A stretch of 64,000 nt of DNA from Eledone cirrhosa (GCA_964016885.1 OZ024746.1:86056001-86120000), one strand, 5' to 3'; shown: positions 1 to 13,747, counted from the stretch's first letter. The notes: generated by a model not told the origin, from the letters alone. A program made the numbers and translations.

Positions 1-151
1 AAAATTTGAAATACATTTTGCTCAAAACACTCACACGACCATAAGTATTACATGTGTAAAGTTTGAAAACAATCGGTCGGGTGGTTCTCGAGTTTTAGGG
101 AGTCAGACAGACAGATAGACAGACAGACATTCTCTGTTTTAGATATATAGA
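1..151 (-). mobile_element. Non-autonomous Helitron 5' end (truncated by window edge)
   Basis: Reverse complement begins TCTATATATCTAAAACAGAGAATGTCTGTC and aligns by eye with the 5' ends of the copies at 12516 and 18772. Confidence 0.7.
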
Positions 152-376
152 TAATGCGCCACTTGGCAGCTACCTAGTTGGTTCTTATGGCAGTGCTGGT
201 CCTCATCTGTGTATAAAAGAGGAGTAGTATGAGGTAGTCATAACAACAGTGGTAACAACACACTGTTTTTGTTGTAAAGAGAGGAGTGGTGTGAGGTAGT
301 CAAACTACTCCTCTCTCTTTACGTGTTGTGACAGAAATCGCAGAAACTTATATATAGATATTATAGGTTCAATAAG

Positions 377-520
377 GGCGGTGGGTTGGCAGTATCGGTA
401 GAGGGTCGGATGCCATGCTTTGCAGTACAGTTACGGCCCTTTATGGTCTGAGTTCAAATCCCGCCGAGGTCGACTTTGCCTTTCATCCTTACGGGGTCGA
501 TAAAATAAAGTACCAGTAAT
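377..520 (+). mobile_element. tRNA-derived SINE, family A (octopus-type)
   Basis: A-box-like TGGCAGTATCGG, B-box GAGTTCAAATCCC and the core TTGCCTTTCATCCTTACGGGGTCGATAAAATAAAGTACCAGT. More than 12 copies occur in the window. Confidence 0.85.
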
Positions 521-714
521 ACACTGTTTTTGTTGTAGAGAGAGAGAGGTTGTATGAGGTAGTCGTAAGAACAGTGGTAGCTGCTCCCTGTTTTTGTTGT
601 AAAGAGAGAGGAGTGGTGTGAGGTAGTCAAACTACACCTCTCTCTTTACGTGTTGTGACAGAAATCGCAGAAACTTATATATTGCTATTAAAGGTTCAGT
701 AATGCGCCACTCGG

Positions 715-963
715 CGGCTACCTGGTTGGATCTTATGGTAGCGCCTGTCCTCGCCTGTGTATAAAAAGCACGACAGCCGCTACCTAGTTGATTCTTATGG
801 TAGCGCCTGCCCTCGCCTGTGTATAAAAAGCACGACAGCCACTACCTAGTTGGATCTTATGGTAGCGCCTGTCCTCGCCTGTGTATAAAAAGCATGACAG
901 CCGCTACCTAGTTGATTCTTATGGTAGCGCCTGCCCTCGCCTGTGTATAAAAAGCATGACAGC
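715..963. repeat. 62-bp minisatellite, 4 units with alternating A/B variants
   Basis: Unit GCCGCTACCTAGTTGATTCTTATGGTAGCGCCTGCCCTCGCCTGTGTATAAAAAGCACGACA. A diverged related unit lies at 153-218. Confidence 0.9.
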
Positions 964-1221
964 GTATAAAATGTATTGACTCGCGATGTAATTATATTGA
1001 GGTGTAATTACAGCTGATGTATTTACTGCAATATAATTAATTACCCGTGATGAACTTACAACGAGCCCCGTATCAGGAGGTCTGATTAAGGGACAGCACA
1101 CCCGAGGCGCCATTTTATTTTTAATTAACTGACATTATATAAGCCAGATAGATTATTGTTTGTACGTCTATACATCGTCACCCGTGTTGACACTTCTCCG
1201 CACCCGTCTCCTTACTACACC

Positions 1222-2730
1222 TGTATGTGTGTATGTGTGTATATATGTGTGTGTATGTGTGCGTGTGTGTGTGTATGTGTGTATGTGTGTATATATGTGT
1301 GTGTATGTGTGTGTGTGTGTGCGTGTGTGTATGTTTGTGTGTATGCGTGTGTGCCTATGTTTCTGTGTGTGTGTATGCCTCTCTGTGTATGCATGTATAT
1401 ATGTGTATGTATATATGTATGTGTGTATGTTTGTATGTGCGCGTGTGTGTATGTTTGTGTGTATGTTTGTGTGTATGCGTGTATGCCTATGTTTCTGTGT
1501 GTGTGTATGCATCTCTGTGTATGCATGTATATATGTGTATGTATATATGTATGTGTGTATGTGTGTATGTTTGTGTGTATGCGCGTGTGTGTATGTTTGT
1601 GTGTATGCGTGTGTGCCTATGTTTCTGTGTGTGTGTATGCATCTCTGTGTATGCATGTATATATGTGTATGTATATATGTATGTGTGTATGTGTGTATGT
1701 TTGTGTGTGCGTGTGTGTGTGTTTGTGTGTATGCGTGTGTGCCTATGTTTCTGTGTGTGTGTATGCATCTCTGTGTATGCATGTATATATGTGTATGTAT
1801 ATATGTATGTGTGTATGTATGTATGTTTGTGTGTGCGTGTGTGTGTATGTTTGTGTGTATGCGTGCGTGCCTATGTTTCTGTGTGTGTATGCATCTCTGT
1901 GTATGCATGTATATATGTGTATGTATATATGTATGTGTGTATGTGTGTATCTTTGTGTGTGCGCGTGTGTGTATGTTTGTGTGTATGCGTGTGTGCCTAT
2001 ATTTTTGTGTGTGTGTATGCATCTCTGTGTATGCCTGTATATATGTGTATGTATATATGTATGTGTGTATGTGTGTATGTTTGTGTGTGCGCGTGTGTGT
2101 ATGTTTGTGTGTATGCGTGTGTGCCTATATTTTTGTGTGTGTGTATGCATCTCTGTGTATGCCTGTATATATGTGTATGTATATATGTATGTGTGTATGT
2201 GTGTATGTTTGTGTGTGCGTGTGTGTGTATGTGTGTGTGTATCCGTGTGTGCCTATGTTTCTGTGTGTGTATGCATCTCTGTGTATGCATGTATATATGT
2301 GTATGTATATATGTATGTGTGTATGTGTGTATGTTTGTGTGTGCGCGTGTGTGTATGTTTGTGTGTATGCGTGTGTGCCTATGTTTCTGTGTGTGTGTAT
2401 GCATCTCTGTGTATGCACGTATATATGTGTATGTATATATGTATGTGTGTATGTGTGTATGTTTGTGTGTGCGCGTGTGTGTATGTTTGTGTGTATGCGT
2501 GTGTGCCTATGTTTCTGTGTGTGTATGCATCTCTGTGTATGCATGTATATATGTGTATGTATATATGTATGTGTGTATGTGTGTATGTTTGTGTGTGCGT
2601 GTGTGTGTATGTTTTTGTGTGTGTGTGTATGTATTTCTGTGTGTATGTATATATGTGTGTGTGTATGTTTTACTGTATATATATGTGTGTGTATATGTGT
2701 GCATGTGTTTCTGTATGTGTGTGTGTGTGT
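1222..2730. repeat. (GT/AT)-derived satellite with ~126-130 bp higher-order unit
   Basis: Marker ATCTCTGTGT recurs at 1511, 1641, 1767, 1893, 2021, 2149, 2275, 2403 and 2529. Confidence 0.9.
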
Positions 2731-2842
2731 GTTACTTCATATGTATATGAATTGTGTACTTGTATTATTGTGTGGATATTTATTGCTTTATGACTGCTAG
2801 TACGTCTATGTGTGTAGTTGTAGTTGGTTTGTATGTGCGTTT

Positions 2843-5800
2843 GTGTGTGGTGTATGTATGTGTGTGGTGTGTGTGTGTGTGTGGTGTGTGTGTGTGGTGT
2901 ATGTGTGTGGTGTATGTGTGTGTGCTGTATGTGTGTGTGGTGTATGTGTGGTGTATGTGTGTGTGTGGTGTATGTGTGTGGTGTATGTGTGTGGTGTATG
3001 TGTGTGTGGTGTATGTGTGTGGTGTATGTGTGTGTGCTGTATGTGTGTGTGGTGTATGTGTGTGGTGTGTGTGTGGTGTATGTGTGTGGTGTATGTGTGT
3101 GGTGTATGTGTGTGTGTGGTGTATGTGTGTGGTGTATGTGTGTGTGCTGTATGTGTGTGTGGTGTATGTGTGTGGTGTATGTGTGTGTGGTGTATGTGTG
3201 TGTGGTGTATGTGTGTGGTGTATGTGTGTGTGGTGTATGTGTGTGGTGTATGCGTGTGGTGTATGTGTGTGTGGTGTATGTGTGTGGTGTATGTGTGTGT
3301 GGTGTATGTGTGTGGTGTATGTGTGTGGTGTATGTGTGTGTGGTGTATGTGTGTGGTGTATGTGTGTTGTGTATGTGTATGTGGTGTATGTGTGTGTGGT
3401 GGTGTATGTGTGTGTGCTGTATGTGTGTGGTGTATGTGTGGTGTATGTGTGTGTGGTGTATGTGTGTGTGGTGTGTGTGTGGTGTATGTGTGTGGTGTAT
3501 GTGTGTGTGGTGTATGTGTGTGGTGTATGTGTGTGTGCTGTATGTGTGTGGTGTATGTGTGTGTGGAGTATGTGTGGTGTATGTGTGTGTGGTGTATGTG
3601 TGTGGTGTATGTGTGTGTGGTGTAGGTGTGTGGTGTATGTGTGTGTGCTGTATGTGTGTGTGGTGTATGTGTGTGTGGTGTATGTGTGTGTGGTGGTGTA
3701 TGTGTGTGTGGTGTATGTGTGTGTGGTGTATGTGTGTGTGGTGTATGTGTGTGTGGTGTATGTGTGTGGTGTATGTGTGTGTGGTGGTGTATGTGTGTGG
3801 TGTATGTGTGTGTGGTGTATGTGTGTGGTGTATGTGTGTGGTGTATGTGTGTGTGGTGTATGTGTGTGTGGTGTATGTGTGGTGTATGTGTGTGGTGTAT
3901 GTGTGGTGTATGTGTGTGTGTGGTGTATGTGTGTGTGGTGTATGTGTGTGTGGTGTATGTGTGTGTGGTGTATGTGTGTGGTGTATGTGTGTGTGGTGTA
4001 TGTGTGTGTGGTGTATGTGTGTGGTGTATGTGTGTGTGGTGTATGTGTGTGGTGTATGTGTGTTGTGTATGTGTATGTGGTGTATGTGTGTGTGGTGGTG
4101 TATGTGTGTGTGCTGTATGTGTGTGGTGTATGTGTGGTGTATGTGTGTGTGGTGTATGTGTGTGTGGTGTGTGTGTGGTGTATGTGTGTGGTGTATGTGT
4201 GTGTGGTGTATGTGTGTGGTGTATGTGTGTGTGCTGTATGTGTGTGGTGTATGTGTGTGTGGAGTATGTGTGGTGTATGTGTGTGTGGTGTATGTGTGTG
4301 GTGTATGTGTGTGTGGTGTATGTGTGTGGTGTATGTGTGTGTGCTGTATGTGTGTGTGGTGTATGTGTGTGTGGTGTATGTGTGTGGTGTATGTGTGTGT
4401 GGTGTATGTGTGTGTGGTGTATGTGTGGTGTGTGGTGTATGTGTGTGTGGTGTATGTGTGTGGTGTATGTGTGTGTGGAGTATGTGTGGTGTATGTGTGT
4501 GTGGTGTATGTGTGTGGTGTATGTGTGTGTGGTGTAGGTGTGTGGTGTATGTGTGTGCTGTATGTGTGTGGTGTATGTGTGTGTGGTGTATGTGTGTGTG
4601 GTGGTGTATGTGTGTGTGGTGTATGTGTGTGTGGTGTATGTGTGTGGTGTATGTGTGTGGTGTATGTGTGTGGTGTATGTGTGTGGTGTATGTGTGTGGT
4701 GTATGTGTGTGTGGTGTATGTGTGTGTGGTGTATGTGTGTGTGGTGTATGTGTGTGTGGTGGTGTATGTGTGTGTGGTGTATGTGTGTGTGGTGTATGTG
4801 TGTGGTGTATGTGTGTGTGCTGTATGTGTGTGGTGTATGTGTGTGGTGTATATGTGTGGTGTATGTGTGTGTGGTGTATGCGTGTGTGGTGGTGTATGTG
4901 TGTGTGGTGTATGTGTGTGTGGTGTATGTGTGTGTGGTGTATGTGTGTGGTGTATGTGTGTGGTGTATGTGTGTGTGCTGTATGTGTGTGGTGTATGTGT
5001 GTGGTGTATATGTGTGGTGTATGTGTGTGTGGTGTATGTGTGTGTGGTGGTGTATGTGTGTGTGTGGTGTATGTGTGTGTGGTGTATGTGTGTGTGGTGT
5101 ATGTGTTTGTGGTTTATGTGTGTGGTGTGTGTGTGTGTGGTGTATGTGTGTGGTGTATGTGTGTGTGGTGTGTGTGTGGTGTATGTGTGTGGTGTATGTG
5201 TGTGTGCTGTATGTGTGTGGTGTATGTGTGTGTGGAGTATGTGTGGTGTATGTGTGTGTGGTGTATATGTGTGGTGTATGTGTGTGTGGTGTAGGTGTGT
5301 GGTGTATGTGTGTGCTGTATGTGTGTGATGTATGTGTGTGTGGTGTATGTGTGTGTGGTGGTGTATGTGTGTGTGGTGTATGTGTGTGTGGTGTATGTGT
5401 GTGGTGTATGTGTGTGTGGTGTATGTGTGTGTGGTGTATGTGTGTGTGGTGTATGTGTGGTGTATGTGTGTGTGGTGTATGTGTGTGGTGTATGTGTGTG
5501 TGGTGTATGTGTGTGGTGTATGTGTGTGTGCTGTATGTGTGTGTGGTGTATGTGTGTGTGGTGTATGTGTGTGTGGTGGTGTATGTGTGTGTGGTGTATG
5601 TGTGTGTGGTGTATGTGTGTGTGGTGTATCTGTGTGTGGTGTATGTGTGTGGTGTATGTGTGTGTGGTGTATGTTAGTGGTGTATATGTATGTGGTGTAT
5701 GTGTGTGTGGTGTATGTGTGTGTGGTGTATGTGTGTGTGGTGTATGTGTGTGGTGTATGTGTGTGGTGTATGTGTGTGGTGTATGTGTGTGGTGTATGTG

Positions 5801-6598
5801 TGTGGTGTATGTGTGTGGTGTATGTGTGTGTGTGGTGTATGTGTGTGGTGTATGTGTGTGTGGTGTATGTGTGTGGTGTATGTGTGTGTGGTGTATGTGT
5901 GTGGTGTATGTGTGTGGTGTATGTGTGTGGTGTGTGTGTGTGGTGTATGTGTGTGTGGTGTATGTGTGTGTGGTGTATGTGTGTGTGGTGTATGTGTGTG
6001 TGGTGTATGTGTGTGGTGTATGTGTGTGGTGTATGTGTGTGTGTGGTGTATGTGTGTGGTGTATGTGTGTGTGGTGTATGTGTGTGTGGTGTATGTGTGT
6101 GTGGTGTATGTGTGTGGTGTATGTGTGTGTGGTGTATGTGTGTGGTGTATGTGTGTGGTGTATGTGTGTGGTGTATGTGTGTGGTGTATCTGTGTGTGGT
6201 GTATGTGTGTGTGGTGTATGTGTGTGTGGTGTATGTGTGTGGTGTATGTGTGTGGTGTATGTGTGTGGTGTATGTGTGTGGTGTATGTGTGTGGTGTATG
6301 TGTGGTGTATGTGTGTGGTGTATGTGTGTGTGGTGTATGTGTGTGGTGTATATGTGTGTGGTGTATGTGTGTGTGGTGTATGTGTGTGGTATGTGTGTGG
6401 TGTATATGTGTGTGGTGTATGTGTGTGTGGTGTATGTGTGTGGTGTATGTGTGTGTGGTGTATGTGTGTGGTATGTGTGTGGTGTATATGTGTGTGGTGT
6501 ATGTGTGTGGTGTATATGTGTGTGGTGTATGTGTGTGTGGTGTATGTGTGTGGTGTATGTGTGTGGTGTATATGTGTGTGGTGTATGTGTGTGTATGT
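2843..6598. repeat. Minisatellite of GGTGTAT(GT)n units (~11-17 bp)
   Basis: 3.7 kb of GGTGTATGTGTGT(GT) units with recurring variants (GCTGTAT, GGAGTAT, GGTGTAG). Confidence 0.95.
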
Positions 6599-6654
6599 AT
6601 TTAAGGAACACCAATGAAAATATCAAATTTTGTAGCTCAACGGAAAAGATGGTT

Positions 6655-6655
6655 T

Positions 6656-6699
<44 letters not shown>

Positions 6700-6738
6700 G
6701 CTGCTGCTGCTCTGCTGCTGCTGCTGCTGTTGCTGCTG

Positions 6739-6816
<78 letters not shown>

Positions 6817-6819
6817 TTG

Positions 6820-6883
<64 letters not shown>

Positions 6884-7142
6884 AGTTAAACTGTAGTAGT
6901 AGCAGTGGGGGTAGCAGTAGTAGTAGTAGTAGTGGGGGTGGTGGTAGTAGTAATAGTAGTAATGGTGGGGGAGGTAGCAGTAGTAATAGTAGTAGTGGTG
7001 GGGGAGGTAGCAGTAGTAGTAGTAGTAGTGGTGGTGGTGGTAGTAGTAGGTTTTGTTATTGTGTTTAACCCATGAAAGCTGTACTTTTATGAGGTGCCAA
7101 CAAAAGCATGAATAACAAAGACTACTACTACTACTACTACTG

Positions 7143-7215
<73 letters not shown>

Positions 7216-7222
7216 CACTACC
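6655..7222. repeat. Compound trinucleotide microsatellites (CTA/CTG, TAG/TGG, CTA)
   Basis: Directly visible triplet tracts. Confidence 0.95.
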
Positions 7223-7284
7223 ACTGTTTGTTGCTCTTCCAGATTACATAGTTTGTCTAGGTCACACACACCCGTTCACATACA

Positions 7285-8185
7285 TTCAAATTCCCTAGAG
7301 GTCAACTTTGCCATTTATCCTTCTGGGTCGATAAAATAAAGTACCAGTACTGATTCCATATAATAACCTTTTCCTTCCTCGGAACTTGCTGGGTTTGTGC
7401 CTAAATGAGGGATAGGGCAGTGGATTGGCATTATCGGTAGAGCATCAAAGACATGGTTTGTGGCATATAATTATCGCCCTTTACATTCTGATTTCAAATC
7501 CCAATGAAGTTAGCTTTGCCTTTCATCCTTACGAGGTCCATAAACTAAAGTACCAGTAATTCACCAGGGGCGATTTAATCGACTTTCCTCTCAACAAAAT
7601 TGCTAGCCTTGTGTCTAAATTAGAAGGTGGATTGGCAGTATCGGTAGAGAGTCAGACACCATGCTTTGAAGCATAGAGTTACGTCCCTTTATGATCTGAG
7701 TTCAAATCCCGCCGAGGTTAACTTTGCCTTTCATCCTTACGGGGTCGATAAAATAAAGTACCAGTAATGTACTGGGTAATTGCTGGTCTTGTGCCAAAAG
7801 TAGAAACAATAATTACTAGATATTAGAGCGGTGGATTGGTATGATCGCTAGAGCGTCGGAGACATACTTTGCGGCATATAGTTACGGCCCTTTACGTTCT
7901 GAGTTCAAATCCCGCCGAAGTTACCTTTGTATTTCATCTTTACGAGGTCGATAAATAAAGCACCAGTAATGCACTGGGTTCGATTTAATCGACTTTCCCT
8001 TCCACACCAAATCGGTAGAGGGTCGGACGCCATGCTTAGCATTATGTAGTTACGGCCCTTTACGTCCTGAGTTCAAATCTAGCCGAGGTTAACTTTGCCT
8101 TTCATCCTTTCGGGATCGATAAAATAAAGTACCAGTAAAGCACTGGAATAATTGCTGGCCTTGTGCCAAAAGTAGAAACAATTAT
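7285..8185 (+). mobile_element. Head-to-tail cluster of five family-A SINE copies
   Basis: The core TTGCCTTTCATCCTT..GGGTCGATAAA..AAGTACCAG recurs at about 7308, 7515, 7723, 7926 and 8094. The later four copies are each preceded by a B-box. Confidence 0.85.
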
Positions 8186-8784
8186 TTAGATTGATCCACT
8201 AACCTATTAATCTGACCGGTTCTGAAGATAAAAAAAAACTGAACTTTGAGAGAGTTTTAGTGTCTAAGAAAACAACCATAGGTCGTGGAATCCCAAGAGT
8301 AACGAGCTAGTGTGTCAGCCATAATAATAAAATGATACACTATACTTTGATATTGAATTCTTTTTCACCCGTTCCTCGTTTAAACTAACAGTTTGAAATG
8401 ACACTTCGAAGTCAACGCCGGATTTTTATTCAGAAAATACAACTTATACTCTGCTTACACGTATTAAATGTTCATTAAGTTAATAACCGTTATAGATACA
8501 CGTGTACATAAAACAACCTGTTTGTATATATTTGTTAATCAACGGTAAATGTTGATGATTTTTGCAGTAAGAAATGGGACGTTATAGGCGTTGTGGCAGT
8601 GTAAGTAAAATACTCATTCTGTCTCTTCGTTTTCTTAACCTAATTAGATTGTTCTCTGCAAACTATTAGTTATATGGTTTCCTATGATATTGACAGTGTA
8701 CAAAACTCTGAGGTCTTGGATTTTTAGCCCCAATTCTCTCATAGAGCCACGCGATCGTTATATAAATTATATATTGGCCTCTCT

Positions 8785-8825
<41 letters not shown>

Positions 8826-8979
8826 GTAACAGGAGGCTGGACTGGTGTAAATCCTTGAAAGGTTTATTATACTATGATCATTTCAATGACCGGGTTCCAT
8901 ACGGAATGACCAGTTCAATGACCGGAATGACCATACGGAATGACCAGTTCTATCCAGTGGTGAACCAACAAACCTTAAG

Positions 8980-9029
<50 letters not shown>

Positions 9030-9032
<3 letters not shown>

Positions 9033-12000
9033 TTTTATGCAAAGGCTAAAAACTTTATGGAACTCCAAACACCCAGAATTAGACTTTTCTCCAAAGCATT
9101 TAAATGAACAGGCAAAACGTATCATTAGATGTAAATTGATACATCTAACGGAATTGAGTGATGCTACAAATACAACCCTTGTAGACAACCACCCCACCTC
9201 CACTGACAGACGAAGAGAACGGCCAGCTAAATCTAACAGTGAACAGCTCACCAACAATTTTGCTGAAATCCATCCAACTTCCACTGAAGAACAGCGAGAA
9301 TGGTCAGCTAACTCTAGTAGTAATTGTCACCACATCAACAACGAGGCTGAAATTCATGACTCTACTGTACAAACAGAACACCAAAAACTTGTGGACACCT
9401 TACAAGTGATATGGGACGATATGTTTCAAGAGATACACAGCCTTAATGTGAGTGACAGACCATACAACACCAGAATCAGTAAAGAACCCACTAAATTGGA
9501 ATTGGAAGCGGTGAACGAAATAGCTGGCGATTATCTGAAGGCTATACGATCTAAAGGTGTAGAAACGACATTTGAAACGCTTAATATTTTGTTATATGTT
9601 TCAGCTGTCACATTGCTATCATATAACACACATCTAAAACCACGCAATCAAGATACAAACAAAAAGCCTGAACCAGCGTGGATGCGAAATTTAAAAAGCA
9701 AACTTTTGTCCCTGAGACGAAGTATCTCACACATCGCAGTCGTTATGAAATGCAACATAGAGAGCAACTTCACACGACACCAGGAAGACTAAAAAAAAAA
9801 GTTAGAGAGACGATTTGGAGATACAAAATTTAAAACTTTGAACTCCAAATTACACCAGTTGAAACAACAACTCACAGCTACAACAGAAAGACTAAAATAT
9901 AAGTCAACAGCACATAAACGACAAGTGCTAAATAGATTGTTTGCCAGAGATCCTAGATCAGTTTATCGCAGCTTCGGTGGCAAAAGCTCAATCCCTGTAA
10001 ATGATACCCCTTCAAAAGAACAGGTTGAGACCTACTGAAGATCTGTATGGGAAACGGATACGGATTCAACAGACAAACTAATTGGCTAAAAGAACTGGAA
10101 CAGGACTACTGCCGACATGTCCAGACAAAACAATCTGACATAGATGGGTCAATACTGGAAACAGCTTTACAGAAAATGTCGAATAGGAAATCACCAGGCC
10201 CAGACCTCATTACAGGATACTGATTGAAGAATTTCACTTTCTATCGGCAAGATCTCATACGGCTGTTTACAGAAACCATTAAAGGCACACAAGAACTGCC
10301 CAGATGGTTATCAACTGTCACTACTCCCCTCATTCCCCAAAATAGCCAAACCACCCTTGCTAAAAATTACCGCCCAATAGCCTGCCAAAACATCATGTAT
10401 AAATTATATACTGGGTGCCTTAACCTGTTCTTACAGGATCACTGTGCTACCAACAACCTGAGCAGGCTGGTGGAAAGAGGGAAGTGTGGGTTGCATAGAT
10501 CACCTACTAACTAATAAAATGATTCAGGAAAAAACAACAAAGAATCGCAGAAACATGAATGTGGTGTGGCTGGACTATCAAAAAGCATTTGATAGTGTAC
10601 CTCATGGGTGGATTATTAAGGCTTTACAGTTAGCCAAAGTCCCACAACCATTGGTAGCTGTTGTTGAACGCCTGACCAAGAACTGGTACACCAATTTGAT
10701 CCTTAGAGGTGAGAAGGAGCAAGTTAAGACTGATAAGATACATTACCAGAAGGGCATCTTTCAGGGTGATAGCTTGTCAGTGCTACTCTTCGTTCTCTCA
10801 CTAAATCCACTATCTTACCTACTCAGGAAACAAGGTGGACAAAGAAGTGGGTCCAGAATTATCTCCCATCTTTTCTTTGTTGATGACCTGAAGTTGTATA
10901 GGCCAAATATCAATGACATCAAGAAACAATTGAACCTCATTACACAATTTTCAACAGACATCAAAATGAAATTTGGTGAGTCCAAGTGTGCATATTTGGC
11001 AGTAAAACGTGGAAGAGCTGTGCCCTCCTCTAGAAATCTAGAGATGAACGGCCTGACAATACAACCTCTACAGTCACGTGACAACTACAGATATCTTGGA
11101 CAGGATGAGAATGTCAGATATGATGGACCCATAAATAAGGAGAGAACCAGAACTGAACACCCCAGAAGAGTAAAGAAAATATGGTCGTCAGAATTGTCAG
11201 CGTACAACAAATACATTGTCCCCAATACTTATGCTGTGCGAATTCTAACGCCAACATTTGGCCTGCTGAACTGGTCATTGCAAGAACTAAGTGAGATGGA
11301 TGTTAGAACTCGCAAACTTCTCAGTGTTACTGGGAACTTTAACATCAATGGTGATGTGGATAGGCTATACTTCTCACGCAAGGAAGGTGGCCGGGGTCTA
11401 AAATCCATATTAACAACATATGAGACCCGGATAGTAATACTGAAGCAACACCTTCAACAGAGGAAAAAGGTTGGCAACCATCTTGCCCAGGTTTATGAGC
11501 ATGACAAAAAAAATATCATTAGAATAGCGACTGATCTGGTGGAGAGATATGGAATAAAGCCTGATATAAATCTCTCACCCAGAGAAATCGGAAGATCCTA
11601 TTCAATGTTCAAACAAGATGAAAAAATTGACCAATTTACAGAAAAAGTTGTGCATGGATACTTGAGACGTAAAACACAGACCATAAAGTGGATAAACCAC
11701 TCAAAAAGTCTGGCATGGAGTTCCGACAAGTTTATGACATCACACCTTGAGGGATATCTCTATGCAATACAGGAACAAGAACTCCCTACCAAATATCTGC
11801 TGCACAAAAGGGGAGGGCCAGCAGCTGACAATAAATGTAGGCTATGTAAAACAAAGATCGAGGATGTAAGCCACATTGTTGCCAGCTGCAAAAGAATGTA
11901 ATCTCGCTACTACCTCCCCATGTGACACGATGGATAGCTAGAACCATCTGGAACGCACTTCGGAAAACAAAATTAACAACAAACGAGGAAGAATATATTG

Positions 12001-12490
12001 AGACAGATGGCACTAAGGAATACTGGTGGAACCTGAAAATAAAAACTGCCACCAAATTAAAGCACAACCGGCCTGATATTGTTGTTTGGGACCACACATT
12101 GAAAACGTGTTCTGTTGTGGAGATCAGCTGCCCACTTGATGTAAACGTTGTCAGAAAAATACAGGAGAAGGAGGACATCTACGGACCATTGATGAGGAGT
12201 TTACAAATCCAGTATCCAAGATACACCTTTAGCTTCATACCCATCATTATTGGAGCTACGGGTTATATACCAACCAGCTTGGACCAAAGTATGACTGAAC
12301 TTGGATTTGCGGACAAAAAGCGCAGCTCCCTAATTCATAGTCTACAAATGGCTGCGATAGCTGGCACCTTCAAAATTTGCAAAACATTCTTGCGATTCAA
12401 GGGATGACAATTTCTTTTCTTTTACAACCTTGCCACCAGGAAGGTGGCCGGTCAAAAAAATATACTCGAAAATTAAGAGAAAGAGATAAC
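9030..12490 (+). mobile_element. Degenerate near full-length RLE-type non-LTR retrotransposon (R4/Dong-like)
   Basis: Fragmented ORFs carry RT motifs (NYRPIAC, WLDYQKAFDSVPH, KGIFQGDSLS, HLFFVDDLKLY), a CCHC knuckle (CRLC...HIVASC) and a restriction-like endonuclease (HNRPDIVVWD...VEISCP...K). There are several stops and frameshifts, and a 3'UTR hairpin GCCACC-aggaa-GGTGGC. Confidence 0.9.
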
Positions 12491-12515
12491 TAACATACAT
12501 ATATCTATATATATA

Positions 12516-13303
12516 TCTATATATATAAAACAAAGGATGTCTGTGTGTCTGTTTCCCTAAAACTCGAGAAGTACCCAACCGGTTTTTTTCAAACTTTATC
12601 CATGTAACTCGTATGAACCCGGAAGTGTTTTGAGCAAAAAAAAATTCAAATTTTCAATGCCCTAGGGACCGCATTAGGCGATTTAGCAATATCTTTCTCT
12701 TTCTCTTAGTCTTTCTCTTTTTAAATAGATACATAGATATGACGTCGCGCCTTCATAATATCTGTCTGTATGCCTGACTGTCTGCATTACGTCATTATGA
12801 CGCGATCAGTGTGTGTGTGTATATATATTCTTATGCCAGGGAACGTCTTCACGAACCAAAGTATCGTCTTCCTGTTTTCCAGATTGATTTTTTTAGTTTA
12901 AGAAGATCCCGTTAAGGTTGAAAGCAGCGATTCTTTGCTTAAACATTAATATGTTATTTTAATATAGAAATTCGTGTACAGATATGTTTGCATACACAAA
13001 AACAAAATATAAACAAACAAAGCCAAAGATTACATCAATTAGTCTTAGTGTATGTACTTCATACTGCTTTTAGGTAGAATATCCCGTTAAGGGTGAAAGC
13101 AGTGATTCTTTGCTTAAACTTTAGTCTGTTATTTTAATATATATATATATAATTATATATTTATGGACAGATATTTTTGCATACACAATAACAAAATATA
13201 AACAAACGTATTTATTTCACGAGGTTCGATAAGGATAAATATATATCAAATAGATATAAGAACCCTATAGCAAATCCCGAGCAACGCCGGGCCATTCTGC
13301 TAG
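12516..13303 (+). mobile_element. Complete non-autonomous Helitron (~790 bp)
   Basis: 5' TC(TA)n start, subterminal hairpin CCCGAGCAACGCCGGG at 13276-13291, terminal CTAG at 13300-13303, inserted between A and T, no target-site duplication (TSD). Confidence 0.85.
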
Positions 13304-13319
13304 TATATATATATATATA

Positions 13320-13747
13320 TAGGATACGGACGATATTTGTTCGCAAGATTACTGTCTAGGAAAAAAATAACACAGTAGTTTTATTTTTTAAGATATATTT
13401 ATCAAACTTGGGTCAGTTTGTCTTCATGACTTGTTCTTTCGATCTCACTCGATAAACCCGCAATTGGCTTTGATGACGGCCTCAAGGTCGCCTCGGAACC
13501 GGCTACAGGTCTTCGTCACTGTCCCCCGACTTAGGCCCCTAAAGGCACTTGTGATCCTGGCCTTCAGATCGTCTTTCGTATTGCAGCTAGATCTGTTGGT
13601 GTCTCGTTCCACTGCGCTCCACACAAAGAAGTCAAGGGGGGTGCAGTCAGGCGAGCTGGGAGGCGAGATGTCAGGTGAAGTGTGGTCGACGAAGTTCTCT
13701 GACAGCCAAGATTGGGTCTTTCGACTGGTATGGCAGGGCGCTGAGTC
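13320..13747 (-). mobile_element. Tc1/mariner (DD37D, maT-type) transposase C-terminus plus right end
   Basis: DSAPCH...SPDCTPLDFFVW has 37 residues between the last two catalytic Asp. A TIR-like end abuts (TA)n at ~13320, and the fragment is cut by the assembly gap. Confidence 0.85.

Noticed and set aside
377-460. tRNA gene
   Set aside because: A and B boxes are present, but there is no intact cloverleaf and the repeated SINE core follows.
1156-7068. Very long ORFs (up to 1318 aa) rich in V/C/Y/M or H/T
   Set aside because: They are translations of stop-free dinucleotide-based satellites, open in many frames with no domain content.
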